Source: Octopus sinensis | Taxonomy: Eukaryota | NCBI RefSeq assembly: GCF_006345805.1 | Contig: NC_043012.1 | Span: 36,704,001 to 36,768,000, forward strand | Length of the DNA stretch: 64,000 nt | Direction of reading: 5' to 3' | Shown: in pieces, positions 51,206 through 64,000 of the stretch | Numbering within the stretch: position 1 is the first letter of the stretch | Layout: the number at the start of each line of letters is the position of its first letter | Made by a program: the position numbers and the translations under genes | The notes under the pieces: model-generated | What the model was told of the DNA's origin: nothing | What the model saw: only the letters and a program-made list of their open reading frames with translations | Databases searched by the model: none

Positions 51206-51600
51206 TACTGAAAAGTCCCTGGCTTTGGGTAAAAGAAGATACAGGAGGATCAGTTAGTTATGATTTCATTCAACATGTTCCCCTCTCAGATTCACAAACT
51301 TATTGCAATAGTTCTTCAGTTTTTCTAAGCCCTGTAAAAGAACTTGGAAGTGCATGCCATCAAAGTGACACTGGGGTAGAATATACAAAGCCCAATATAC
51401 CCCATCATAACTACCCGTCTGATAGGGTACACCAAGCACATGCATCACGATCATGTGTGCTACATGGTGATGTCTCATATCAAGATAAACAGCGCGTGAC
51501 CTTGCAGGTGGGGGTTCAGTTAGAATTTTCTTTAGGTCGAGTAACCCAATCCGCTCAAACGGTCCCTGAATATGGGTTGTTTGAGGATGTTGAATGAAAC
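51206..51600. mobile_element. Mariner-type terminal remnant with a nested short repeat
   Basis: TA-TGAGGGGCTACTGAAAAGTCCCTGGC resembles a mariner TIR; the 51350-51460 insert is homologous to 20455-20540 (minus). Confidence 0.5.
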
Positions 51601-51959
51601 ACCCATGTTTCCAAAGGTGAATTATTCAAACCCCAAAACATTCCTCTCAACACACGGCTATGATGCTCCCCCACTACTTCCACTCGTGATCAGAGATGCA
51701 CATATCGTCAGCCACTAAGGGACGTGCTCAACTGGTTATGGTCAAACAAGTGACAAGCAAATCTGTGGTATTGAGCAGAATATTTGCTCTAGCCCATCTT
51801 TTATACCAAGACATAACAATGTACATGATAACACTTCCAGTTAGTTAAGATGAGAAGCTATGAGAACCACTGCCTGGTACTAAACCTATTATTATTATTA
51901 TTATAGACGTTGCACAGTATACAATATCGTGAGGTTGTTAATTGAAGGTATTGTGTCTA

Positions 51960-52189
51960 GGCGGCGAGCTGGCAGAAATGTTAGCACGCTGGGCAAAATG
52001 CGTAGCCGTATTTCGTCTGTTGTTACGTTCTGAGTTCAAATTCCGCCGAGGTCGACTTTGCCTTTCATCCTTTCGGGGTCGATAAATTAAGTACCAGTTA
52101 CGCACTGGGGTCGATGTAATCGACTTAATACCTATGTCTGTCCTTGTTTGTCCCCTCTGTCTTTAGCCCCTTGTGGGTAATAAAGAAAT
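51960..52189 (+). mobile_element. Complete family C SINE with 14-bp TSD
   Basis: TSD AGGTATTGTGTCTA at 51946-51959 and 52190-52203; A and B boxes intact. Confidence 0.92.
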
Positions 52190-52204
52190 AGGTATTGTGT
52201 CTAC

Positions 52205-52400
52205 CTGGGGTTTGTACTGTTGCAAAGTCACAACAAGGACCACAGACAGACACTACTTTATGCAATATGCATGCAGTTCCAAGTAATGCCGACTTTTGCA
52301 ATACACCTGGATTGTGGGGTATTTCTGAGGTTTTCAGACGTTCTTTTCAGATTGGGTGATACTGAACCCAAGATCCAGTAATGATAGGGATATTATTATG
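52205..52400 (-). mobile_element. Dong/R4-like 3' end fragment
   Basis: IPIITGSW...EIPHNPGVLQKSALLGTACILHKVVS. Confidence 0.65.
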
Positions 52401-52817
52401 ATTATTAATAATTGCAATAATGAGTAAAGAAGTGAGTCGAACTTCCCAAATGTTTTTAGATGTGTCACAGGATAATCTTAGAATAATCACTGTTGCTCTT
52501 GATATGATCATCTCTGTTGACATCACCACCGCCACTGCCGTCGTCACCGCCGCCGCCACTGTGTCACCGCCACCACCACCACCACCACCACCAACAGCAA
52601 CATCAACAATAACAACAGCAACAACAACTTGTCTCAGTAGTTCCTCTTGTATTGTCATATTGAAGATGTCCTGGTGCAATACTTGAAAGCAGTCCACTTT
52701 TAAGAGAGAGAGAGAGTGAGTGAGAGAGAGAGGGAAATAGATAGATAAGGAGAGAGTGAGTGAGTGAGTGAATGAGAGAGAGAGGGAGATAGATAAAGAG
52801 AGAGTGAGTGAGAGAGA

Positions 52818-52852
<35 letters not shown>

Positions 52853-52995
52853 ATGATGGAAACAGTCCTGGGTGAGTCTTAATAGGACCAATCCTTTGTT
52901 TTTGAGAGAAAGAGGAGAAAGTTCTCTTTTCCTGTGCACGCGCACACACACACAAGCACAAACATACATGCACACACAAAGACAAACACATACAA

Positions 52996-53036
<41 letters not shown>

Positions 53037-53516
53037 TATAGACCTGTAATTCCTAAAACTATTTCATATCTTTGTTAGTTACAGAGGATGTTAGATGGCT
53101 AAATTTTATAACTCACAGTGGAATTTTATTGGTAAGTATATCACCAAAGTCTCTGTCTGTCTGTCTGTCTCCCCAGTTCTCCGTATATCTCTAAAAACAA
53201 AAAAACACAAACAGTGCCATTGCCACCGTCACAACCACCACCACCACCACCACCATTTGTGCCACTGCTATCAATATCATAAGAATTGCTTGATAAACTT
53301 GACTGCTAGAAATAGCAGTCAAATTTACCACAGAATCGAACTCCAACTGAAACAAATAAGGAAGGGCACATCGTATGAGGTTCTCCTAAATGCTTAAAAA
53401 TCACTGGCTGGTTGGTCATGGCAGGAACACTTTTTGTCATAACTCTGCTCTGTTAGCATTCATCTGGAGCTAAACAGCAGCACTGTTTTTATATGTCAAT
53501 AAGGGAGTCACTACAA

Positions 53517-54381
53517 TAGAGGTTCCCAACCCTTTTATTTAAATGAGTTTTCCCACAGACCCCTTTTAATATGCTCATCCTTATGTATTGATATATTCTT
53601 TTATTCTTTTATTGTTTTACTTGTTTCAGTCATTTGACTGTGGCTATGCTGGAGCACTACCTTTAGTCAAGCAAATCATCCCCAGGACTTATTCTTTGTA
53701 AGCCTAGTACTTATTCTCTCGGTCTCTTTTGCCGAACTGCTAAGTTATGGAGTATGTAAACACACAAACATTGGTTGTCAAGTGATGTTGGGGGGACAAA
53801 CATAGACACATAAACATACACACACACACACACATATATGCATAGTCGGAATTTAAAAAAAAACAAAAGATGAAGACAGGTGTATAAATAACAAACAGGT
53901 ATATTAGTTTAACGTTCGGGAAGGTGAGAAAGTCTTTTCCGTTTCAAGCCTATGCTCTTCAATACATATATATATATATATATATACATACATACACACA
54001 TATATATATATATATACATATATAAAAAGTTACTTGGAGGAGATGAAATGAAACGAATCGAATCGACGCGAGGGTGCTCAGTCATACAATAGTGTAATAA
54101 ATAAAATATATGCATACATACATACATATATGTACGTACCTACATCTACATGTATATATACATGCATATATAAATATATATATATTTAGAACTCAACGAG
54201 AAACGAAAACGTAAAAACAAACATGGAAACGGACCTTATATATATATATATATATATATATTTATTTTATACATACACACACACACACACATATATGAAA
54301 TTTTGAATTTAATTCATGGACCCCCCAGTACTACCTTTGTGAGCCACCATGGGTCCGCAGACCCCAGGGTGGGAATCACTG
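53517..54381. mobile_element. hAT-like MITE with nested SINE and microsatellites
   Basis: TIR TAGAGGTTCCCAAC / GGTGGGAATCACTG; 8-bp TSD CACTACAA / CACCACAA. Confidence 0.6.
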
Positions 54382-55054
54382 CACCACAAGGTTACTTGAT
54401 ATGTTAGAAATAATAGCTAAATCTCCCCCAGACCATCCATCCCTTGTGTCTAGTGCAGTTTTTCTCAATCATTTTCTTTATCTTTGGAGCCCCTTTGATT
54501 TGTATTTTACTCGGGTGGATGCCCATAGCTATTTGATGCTTAGAAAAAATTCCATTATATTTTTATAATTAAATATTATTAGGAATTATATAAAAAATTG
54601 ATTAAAATATTTTGTTAATTGTAGAAGTATAACCAATTTATTGCAGATAAGTTTTAACAAATGAAATCTTATGTGGACCCCAAGGTCATGTGACTCTGAA
54701 GGGTCATGTGGACTTCCTAGGATTATTTGGACCCCAATTGAAAGCAACAAGTCTAGGGGCCAAGAAATCCATAAGTCTCTTTGTAATTGAAGAATAATAT
54801 AAGATTTGTGTTTTACTTTGAGGTACATTTGGGTAGACCGTGGGGGTACATATTGATTGACTTAATGGCAGAGGTACATGTCAATAGACTGTCTGTGATT
54901 AATCTTGATATACTGGGGTACCAGTTGCTGGACTGAGGTACATGTTGATAGACAGGGGTAGATCTGGAAAGGCTGAGGTAGTACATCTTTAGACAAGGGT
55001 ACAACTTATTAAATAGGGGTGCATCTTGATAGACAAAAATAAATCTTCATTATT

Positions 55055-55249
55055 TACATTATTTACATTTGACAGATATTTATCCTCATCTTGTTTGTTG
55101 TTAACACAACGTTTCGGCTGATGTACCCTCCAGCCTTCATCAGGTGTCCTGGGGGAATTTTGAATGCCATATGCTTGTAGGCATATGGTATAGTGGTTAA
55201 GAGCGCAGGCTACTAATCCCAACATTCTGAGTTCAATTCCAAGCAGTGA

Positions 55250-55287
<38 letters not shown>

Positions 55288-55428
55288 TCGAAAAATACCT
55301 TAGGAATGAGAACCCAGGTTTGAAATTCCCCCATGACACCTGATGAAGGCTGGAGGGTATATCAGCCGAAACGTTGTGTTAACAACAAACAAGATGAGGA
55401 CAGATATCCATCAAATGTAAATAATGTA
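55055..55428 (+). mobile_element. tRNA-headed SINE-like element with a Penelope-type tail and a 5' inverted copy of that tail
   Basis: A box TGGTATAGTGG, B box GAGTTCAATTCC (55180-55240), (TAA)n spacer, tail 55320-55428 mirrored at 55055-55164. Confidence 0.7.
55335..55380 (+). ncRNA. Minimal type I hammerhead ribozyme motif (mirror copy at 55103-55148, minus)
   Basis: GACAC-CTGATGA-A-GGCTG(loop)CAGCC-GAAACGT-T-GTGTT: stem I, catalytic core, stem II and palindromic ACGT helix III. Confidence 0.6.
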
Positions 55429-55753
55429 CACGATTCTTCATCTCTCAAATATAGAACCAAAAGTACATCTTGTTAGCTACAAATACATTTTGTTAAACAG
55501 AAGCAAATGTTCTTAGGCAGGGGAATATCTTGTTAGATATGGATACAGTTCATTATATATGGTTACATGTTGTTAGGTAGGGGTATATCTTGTAAGTTAA
55601 GATATATGCTATATGCTGACTGATGCTAATTTTGAAAAAAACCAAAGTATACCTGGATAGATTGTGGTACATGTTGATAAATCAAGTGAGGTACATCTTG
55701 ACTGATTGAAGTAAATAGAGTGAAATACAACTTGGCGGTAAATGTAGTTAGAC

Positions 55754-56439
55754 CAGAGGTTTTCAAACTTTTTGGGCCACCGCCCGCCTCATGGCCACAT
55801 AATACCCTCAGCGCTCCCACCCCTATTTTTGTGTATAAATAAATATTTTATATTTTACTAATTTATATATACTATGAATTATTTGATATTTAATATAACA
55901 TTATATAATTTGTATGTGAAGGTGCATGGCTCAGTGGTTAGAGTGTCGATCTTACGATCGTGAGGTTGTGAGTTCGATTCCTGGACCAGGCTGCGTGTTG
56001 TGTTCGTGAGCAAGACACTTTATTTCATGTTGCTCCAGTTCACTCAGCTGTAGAAATGAGTTGTGATGTCACTGGTGCCAAGCTGTATCGGCCCCTTTGC
56101 CTTTCCCTTGGATAACACCAGTGGTTTGGGGAAGGGAGGCTGGTATGCATGGGCGAATGCTGGCTTTCCATAACCAACCTTGCCTGGACTTGTGCCTCGG
56201 AGGGTAACTTTGTAGATGCAATCCCATGGTCATTCATGACCGAAGGGAGTCTCCTTTATAATTTGTATACAATACTATAATAATATTATAATAAATTCAT
56301 AGTGTCTCCCAATCCACTGCCTTCCTCCTAATGGCTCCCTTTTCTCTATCCCCTCTTAGCTCCCTTTAGGCACTAGTGCCCACCTGGACTGTCTCAACGC
56401 CGACTGGCAGGGCGGTAGCACCTACTTTGAGAACCTATG
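55754..56439. mobile_element. hAT-like MITE containing a family D SINE
   Basis: TIR CAGAGGTTTTCAAA / TTTGAGAACCTATG; 8-bp TSD AGTTAGAC / GGTTAGAC. Confidence 0.7.
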
Positions 56440-56981
56440 GGTTAGACCGTTGTGTATCTTGATATACTAAAGTACATAGGTAACAATCAGGGACAGGTCT
56501 TGAGAGATTGTGGTACATTGAAACTGACAAAGGTACACTATGATTTAGAGAGGTATGTTTGATTGATTCAGCTGTACATTAATGGCTGAGGTACATCTTG
56601 ATAAACAGAAGAACATTTTGGACAGACTGAGGTACATATATATACATCCTTTATATTGTATTTTTAATTTTTTAAGTGTATCAGTCATTAGACTGTGGCC
56701 ATGCTGGGGCATCACCTTGAAGAATTTTAGTTGACCTTGCTATTTAATCTGTTACTCTCATTTGCTGAACTGTTAAGTTACAGGGATGTAAACAAACCAA
56801 CAAAGGTTGCCAAACATACACACATGCAGTCACACTCCCACTCATGTAGCTTGCTTCCCAATCAGATGGTTCCAGGTTCAGTCCCACTGCATGGCACCTT
56901 GGGCAAGTGTCTTCTACTACAGCCTCAGGCTGATCAAAGCCTTGTGAGTGGATTTGGTAGATGGAAACTGAAAGAAGCCTG

Positions 56982-57052
<71 letters not shown>

Positions 57053-57319
57053 GTGTCTATGTTTGTCCCCCCTCTGTCATTGACAACCGATGTTGATGTG
57101 TTTACGTCAGAGGGTATTGCATAAGTAACTTATAATGAACTCATCATGGGAAATTTAGGACATGAGCGTAATCAATAGAGGAAACTTGTGGGACTAAGAT
57201 GTGATGTTAGTGTTTGTTACTTTATGCTGATCACTAGCACTTGACTATGATAATTGGGTACACTACCAGCAGTATATTGATAGGTACTATCCCTTAGTTG
57301 GTTTCTCAAACAGAAATAT

Positions 57320-57613
57320 ATGTATGTATATATATATATGTGTGTGTATATATATATATATATAAAATATAAATATATATAAAAATATATATATATATAA
57401 TATAAAAATATATATATATTATATATATAAAATATATATATAATATAATATATATAAAAAATATATATATATATATATAAAAAATATATATATATATATA
57501 TATAAAAATATATATATATATATATATAAAAAATATATATATATATATATATATAAAATATATATATATATATATAATAAAATATATTATATATATTATA
57601 TAAAAATATATAT

Positions 57614-57660
<47 letters not shown>

Positions 57661-57678
57661 TATATATATAAATATATA

Positions 57679-57713
<35 letters not shown>

Positions 57714-57837
57714 TATATATATAAATATAAATAATATATATATATATATATACTATATAATATATATATATAATATATAAATATATATATATATATACAT
57801 ATAATATATATATAAAATATATATATAAATATATATA

Positions 57838-57876
<39 letters not shown>

Positions 57877-57945
57877 TATAATATATATATAAATATATAT
57901 ATATATAATATATATATATATAAATATAAATATATATATAAATAT
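57320..57945. repeat. Long (TA)-rich low-complexity array
   Basis: About 600 bp composed almost entirely of A and T. Confidence 0.97.
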
Positions 57946-60900
57946 TACTCACCCATTTACCCATTAATTCACCCATTTACCTGGAACGAATTCACCCATT
58001 TACCTGGAACAAATTCACACCATTTACCTGGAACAATTCACCCATTTACCTGGAACAAAACGCTCTATCCCACAAACTACAACACAGCAACCACCATAAT
58101 ACACATCACCACAACCACCAATATCTCAAACAAGGAATCCCCAAATCTGCCGCTATTCCCAGCGAGACAGATTGTGTTTGCACAGGGATTGCCTTTACCC
58201 ATCTCCCGGGGACTCGTCGGACATTTAAAGATAACCACTCACATAAAAATAGCCGCGGCCACAGTCACCTGCGGTTCCCTAGACAGGAAACCACCTCTTC
58301 TTCCTCTTTTTTAGCTATAATGAATCTAGCAAAAGAACTGGAAAAAAACATCCGAGCTATCACCCACCGCCATCCACCACTATTACCCCACTACACATGC
58401 CATTAAAAAGCAATCAAATAAACAAATCACCAAAACAATTAAAACCATCCACTCTCGCCTCAACATTTTTCTGCTAATGCCAAGGCATCAGCCCTTCACA
58501 ATACACAAAAATGGAAGATAAGATTCCTGGAGGACTGGGTCGAGGCCCATCCAAACCACATCCCTTTCTTCGTCCTCACTGAAACCATCTTAGTGACCTC
58601 CACTTGAAGCCGAGGTGAAAGTTAAAAATTTCAAAACCATTCGTGCTGATCGTGTTGGCAGAAGAAAGGGTGGGACTGCCATTTATGTCCATGATTCATT
58701 CTCAACAGAAGCCATGAACAATTTTCGAATGGATACTGCGAAGCAGTCGCTGTATTCAGTCAACCAACAACTTAACAGTAGTTGGGCTCTACAGACCACC
58801 CCAAACGCCCCTACCATGCTTCAAGGAATGCCTCAACAGCATAAAGTGTTTCATTCAGCAGTGTCAACCTGACAACATTTTAATGATGGGAGATTTCAAC
58901 CTTCCCGGGGTTGACTGGTCTACAAACATCTGCCGCCAGGTTCTTCTCTCTCAACCCCTGACAGGGAGGCAGGGAATCGCTTCTTGACTTCATGGATGAC
59001 TTCTTCTTGTCCCAACTGGTACTCGAACCAACGAGATGTCACAAAAACGTCTTAGACTTAATTTTCAGCAATCACACTGATACTATCCACAATATTGCAG
59101 TGGAGAAAAACCCTACTCTCCGACCATGACATGGTTCTCTGTGATCTGAGATTTCACTGGCCAAAATGCAAAACAAATGTCATCCCTCCTGCTCATCCAT
59201 TTGACACTATGGATTTCCACAATGCAAACTGGGAAGCGATCAATAATGATCTTGCACAAGTCGATTGGTCCTTCACGCACACATACACACCCACTAACAT
59301 CAAAAAGTCCTGGCAGTCACTTGTAGACACCATCACGAACATATGTGCAAGACACACCCCCCATTAAGATCTGCAAACAAATCTAAGTGTCGAATCCCTA
59401 GAAATAGAAAATCTCTCATAAGGAAAATTAAAAGAATCAACAAAAAATCAACATGCTGAAAATACTGTCAACAGCAACACCCCAACCTGACTGCCATCTC
59501 GTCGCTAGAGATTAAAAAACATAAACTCCAAAACAACATGATGTCTATCATCAATAGTCAGCGAAGAGCTGAAGAGGCCTGGGCCATTGAGAAGATCAAA
59601 CTCAATCCCAAAGTGTTCTTTTCATTTGCAAAAAAACACAGAGTCACTGGTTCTACTGTTGGCCCTCTGATTGATGAAAATGGTACTCTTCAAGACAATT
59701 CCAAAACCATGGGAGAAATATTGCAGAAACAATATTGCTCTGTTTTCAGCAATCCTGATATGACTGATCTGGGCTGTATCAGTGATGTTACTCCCCAATA
59801 CACTTTATCGGACATAACATTTGGCGCTCCTGATGTCTTAGCAGCAATAAAGGAAATGAAGCATAATTCAGCAGTAGGTCCCGATAGGTCCCTGCTTGTG
59901 TCTTGAAGATGTGTCAAAACCAACTTGCACCCCCTCTAGCCAATCTGTGGCGGAACTCATTGGATGCTGGATATATACCAGAAGACCTTCTATCCCAGTC
60001 TGTTGTCCCAGTTTTCAAAAAAGGAAACAAATCGCTTGCCGTGAATTACCGTCCATCTATCTCACTCACTCTCATATCATCAAGGTATTTGAGAGGGTGC
60101 TGAGATCGCGTATGACTCACTTCCTTGAGAGTCATAATATGCTGAACCCCCACCAGCATGGATTCCGTAATGGGAGAGATTGCCTGACGCAGCTACTGCA
60201 TCATTTTGATGACATTTTGAGAGCCTTGGGAAAGGGTTCCAACACTGATGTCATCTACCTTGATTTCAGCAGGGCCTTTGACAGGGTTGATCATAAGATC
60301 CTTCTGAGAAAGCTGTCCAATATTGGTGTCACTGGAAAGCTGCTGCAATGGATCAAGTGCTTCCTCTCTAACAGAACCCAACATGTTGTAGTCGAAGGAG
60401 TCAAATCCAGCCCAGCCAAAGTCAGCAGTGGTGTCCCACAAGGCACTGTGTTGGGCCCACTTCTCTCATCATCTACATAAATGATATTACTGACACCATC
60501 AAACACAGCAACATCAGAACCTTCGCTGATGATTCCAAGCTCCAGAAGGTCATCAATGGCGTGGATGACCGAATAAACCTTCAGTCAGACCTACTGGCTG
60601 TTGTCCAATGGGCGGAAAAGAATAACATGTTGCTAAATGAAGACAAATTCGAACTGATCCACTTTGGAAGGGAGGACGCTCTGAAACTCCCATACTCTCT
60701 TCCTTCTGGAGAAATTCTCATGGCATCCAACAACATCAGAGACCTGGGAGTAACAGTGGACAACAACATAAGCTGGGCTACACATATAAGCAGCAAAGTT
60801 GACATGGCCCAGAATGTGTTCCTGGATTCTCAGAACCTTCCAGTCGAGAGATTCCCACGCTATTATCCTTCTCTTCTCCACTTTTGCCCGACCCCACCTT

Positions 60901-61500
60901 GAATACTGCTGTCCACTGTGGTCTCCCTACACAAAAAAATATTATGAGAATTGAAGCTCCCCAAGGTCAATCACAAAAAAGATAGATGGCATGTCAGACC
61001 TTGACTACTGGGGTAGACTAAGAAGCTGAAATTGTATTCACTCCAACGACGCCGTGAACGCTACATTATCTGTATGATGTGGAAAATATTCCATCAGCAC
61101 TGTCCGAATGATGTTGGCATCACCTTCAAAATGCATCCAAGGCTTGGACCACGTGCCATCCGTCCACAACAAAAATCTAAATCGCATCACATAACGACAA
61201 TACGGCACAACTTTTCATCACCTCAATTGGACCCGCTCTCTTCAACATTACACCAGGACACGTCAAAAAGAAACTGACCACACAAAATTCAAGAAGTCTT
61301 TGGACAAATTCCTTCAACAGTACCGGACAAACCACCCACACCCGAATATGTCTCCGCAAACAATAACTCTCTGCTCGAATGGGCCTTGGTGCCCAAATCC
61401 TGAACTGAAAGACTTCGCCAGGTGGTGCTATTAAGTTAGACATGGCCTGGGCCAATACTGGCCAAAAACCTTTCTAAGTTATTCTAAGTTATAAGTTATA
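57945..61500 (+). mobile_element. CR1-clade LINE, near full-length but decayed
   Basis: 5' 21-22-bp tandem repeats; CCCH-like ORF1 remnant (ICRYSQRDRLCLHRDCLYP); APE motifs RADR..RKGGTAIYV, GDFNLPGVDW, SDH; RT LDFSRAFDRVDH, GVPQGTVLGPLL, FADDSK; (TAAGTTAT)-like tail. Confidence 0.92.
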
Positions 61501-62039
61501 TATATATAAATATATATATAAAATATATATATACAATATATATATAAATATATATATATAAATATATATATATAATATTTATCCTCAAACAACCAAATAA
61601 TCAAAACTCACACCCTTAAGAGAGAACATTTATATATATATACACTTCTTTAACTCCCAAGAAAGAATATATATATTTTCAAAAATCAAAAGGAAAACAA
61701 ACAAAAGAAAAACAAACATGACTAACTTGCAGGCCTGCAACAGACACGAAATTGGTCTGATAACGAAATTCACAAGTGGTCAAACAGATTCGTAGCAAGT
61801 TGAAACTATATCAAAGTATCTTTCAAACTGATAAGAGGCCATTATGAAAAGCTTCTACATATTTTCACAGTTCAAGAACAACAACAGCTAGAAAATCAGC
61901 AGCCACAACAACAACAACAACAGAATGAGCCACTCCTGGTTCCCACCAATGGCTGACCCTGACATCGGTCAGGCACAACAACACAACAACAGCCACAGCA
62001 ACAAGAACAACAACAACCAACTCCTCAACTCTAGCTTAC

Positions 62040-62885
62040 TAGACTTTGGAAAAGAGGATGCCCCTTAAACTCCCATACTCCCTTCCTTCAGGTGAAACTC
62101 TCGCTGCGTCCAACAACATAGAGACTTGGGAGTAATTGTGGACAAACACGTAAGCTGGGCCACTCATATAAACACCAAAGTTGACATGGCCCGCAGAATG
62201 TGTTCCTGGATTCTCAGAACTTTCCAGTCGAGAGATATCCACACCATTTCCTTCTCTTCTCTCTTCTCCACTTTTGCCCGACCCCACCTGAATACTGTTG
62301 TCCACTGTGGTCTCCCCACACAATACAAGGTATCATAAAAGTTGAAGCACCAAAGGGCAATCACAAAAAAGATAGATGGCATGACAGGCCTCGACTATTG
62401 GGGTCGGGCTAGAAAAGCTAAAACTCTATTCTCTCCAACGTCGTCGTGAGCGCTACATCATCTGCATGATGTGGAAATTATTCCATCAGCATTGCCCAAA
62501 TGATGTGGCATCACCTTTAAGTACATCCAAGGCTTGGGCCCCGTGCCATCCGCCCAAAACAAAAATCGCACTCTCATCTCATAACAACAATACGGCACAA
62601 TTATTTCACCTCAATTGGCCCCGCTCTCTAACATTAAACAACAACCAAAACACATTAAAACAGAACTGACCCTATTGGGTTCAAGAAGTCTTTGGACAGA
62701 TTCCTTCAAGAAATCCCGGATAAACCCCCTACACCTGGATATGTCTCTGTAAACAATAACTCTCTACTTGAGTGGGCCATAGTGCCCAAATTCTGACTTG
62801 AAAGACTTCACCAGGTGGTGCTATTAAGTTAGACATGGCCTGGGCCAATAATGGCCGAAACCTATCAAAGTATCAAAGTATCAAA

Positions 62886-62888
<3 letters not shown>
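62040..62888 (+). mobile_element. CR1-clade LINE, 5'-truncated second copy
   Basis: Collinear with 60670-61500; (ATCAAAGT)x3 tail running into (TA)n. Confidence 0.9.
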
Positions 62889-62922
<34 letters not shown>

Positions 62923-63569
62923 GATGAATGTATGTTCGTCCTTTAATTGGACATTTTTTTCCTAAGATTTCTGATGTCTTTTCTTCATACATTACTTTCA
63001 AATTTTTTTTAATAAAATATTCCTAGAGGTATGAAAGCTTGTATTGAAATTATCTGTATATGATTTAACTTATTAAACAAAGTTCAACAAATTCATTCAA
63101 AATAATGGAATGAAGGAGATTGGATGTTAAAATGGATTATATTTTTTATTTTTCATATTGCTATACAATTGTTTCCTACAAATGGACCCAGATATTCATA
63201 AATATATATATATATATACACATACATACTCACAGACACAAATACACAAGTGCCCCATCAGATATACAAACACACACACACATATGTGCTTTCAATAATT
63301 GATAAATGGTAAAATTAATTAATTAATTAATAATTAATACTTTTACCAAGTAGTTTGGTATGTCAAAGTAACCTTTATTGGTAACCTTATACAAAAATTC
63401 TATAATTATAAGCATAATTATAATTAGGGTTCAGCAAATTGCTTCACCATTTACCGAAATTTAGAAATAGCAGTTAAATACTATTCCTCTACCAAAAGAT
63501 ATCTCCCAGACAGCATTGGTTTCCACTTCTGATTTCAAATCAAAAATCTTGCAAAAGAAATTCACAAAC

Positions 63570-63717
63570 AGGCACAGGAGTGGCTGTGTGGTAAGTGGCT
63601 TGCTTACCAACTACTGCGTGGCACCTTGAGCAAGTGTCTTCTGCTATAGCCTTGGACTGACCAAAGCCTTGTGAGTGGATTTGGTAGACGGAAACTGAAA
63701 GAAGCCTGTCGTATATT

Positions 63718-63752
<35 letters not shown>

Positions 63753-63965
63753 TTGTTTGTGTATCTGTGTTTGTCTCCCCCAGCATCGCTTGGCAACCAA
63801 TGCTGGTGTGTTTACAACCCCATAACTTAGCAGTTTGGCAAAAGATACCAATAGAATAAGTACTAGGTTTACAAAGAATAAGTTCTGGGCTCGATTTGTT
63901 TGACTAAAGGTGGTGCTCCAGCATGGCTGCTGTCAAATGACTGAAACGAGTAAAAGAATAAAATA
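63570..63965 (+). mobile_element. Family B SINE
   Basis: Same head and TAAAAGA tail as 28310-28775. Confidence 0.85.
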
Positions 63966-64000
63966 AAACATATATTTTCATACCTAGTGGTGGTGGTGGG

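Noticed and set aside
52347-53033. 228-aa minus-strand ORF
   Set aside because: Composed of microsatellite translations (IY, SL, poly-G/V) plus a Dong/R4 tail; no coherent domain
55180-55250. tRNA gene
   Set aside because: A/B boxes are present but no complete cloverleaf or terminator; it continues into a repeat tail, so it is a SINE head. The same applies to the other SINE heads
57596-57976. 126-aa IY-rich ORF
   Set aside because: (TA)n array

Overview
Eukaryotic, AT-rich, repeat-dense genomic DNA. The SINE families, (GAT)n/(TAAAAGAG)n tails, RTE/CR1/Dong-R4/Tx1 LINE relics and microsatellite load strongly suggest an octopus (coleoid cephalopod); this is an inference, since no database search was possible. 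One protein-coding gene is well supported on the + strand. Three in-phase exons (5780-6081, 10570-10711, 18864-19937) encode a BTB/POZ protein with an N-terminal (EFMEAQKQQA)x4 repeat and a long S/T/P-rich tail with no visible zinc fingers; its start exon was not found. A possible spliced minus-strand transcript lies around 48.7-50.9 kb. The rest is mostly transposon debris: an RT-less Gypsy LTR element, a near full-length decayed CR1, Tx1, RTE and Dong/R4 fragments, a mariner relic, piggyBac-, hAT- and Helitron-type non-autonomous elements, and several tRNA-derived SINE families. Most notable observations: (1) three predicted internal exons are each bracketed by near-perfect inverted repeats of apparently unique sequence, with the upstream arm ending 26-45 nt before the 3' splice site, suggesting exon looping (skipping, circRNA or ADAR substrate); (2) a tRNA-headed, SINE-like element carries a Penelope-type minimal hammerhead ribozyme in both orientations; (3) a decayed duplicate of a BTB exon sits just downstream of a Helitron end.
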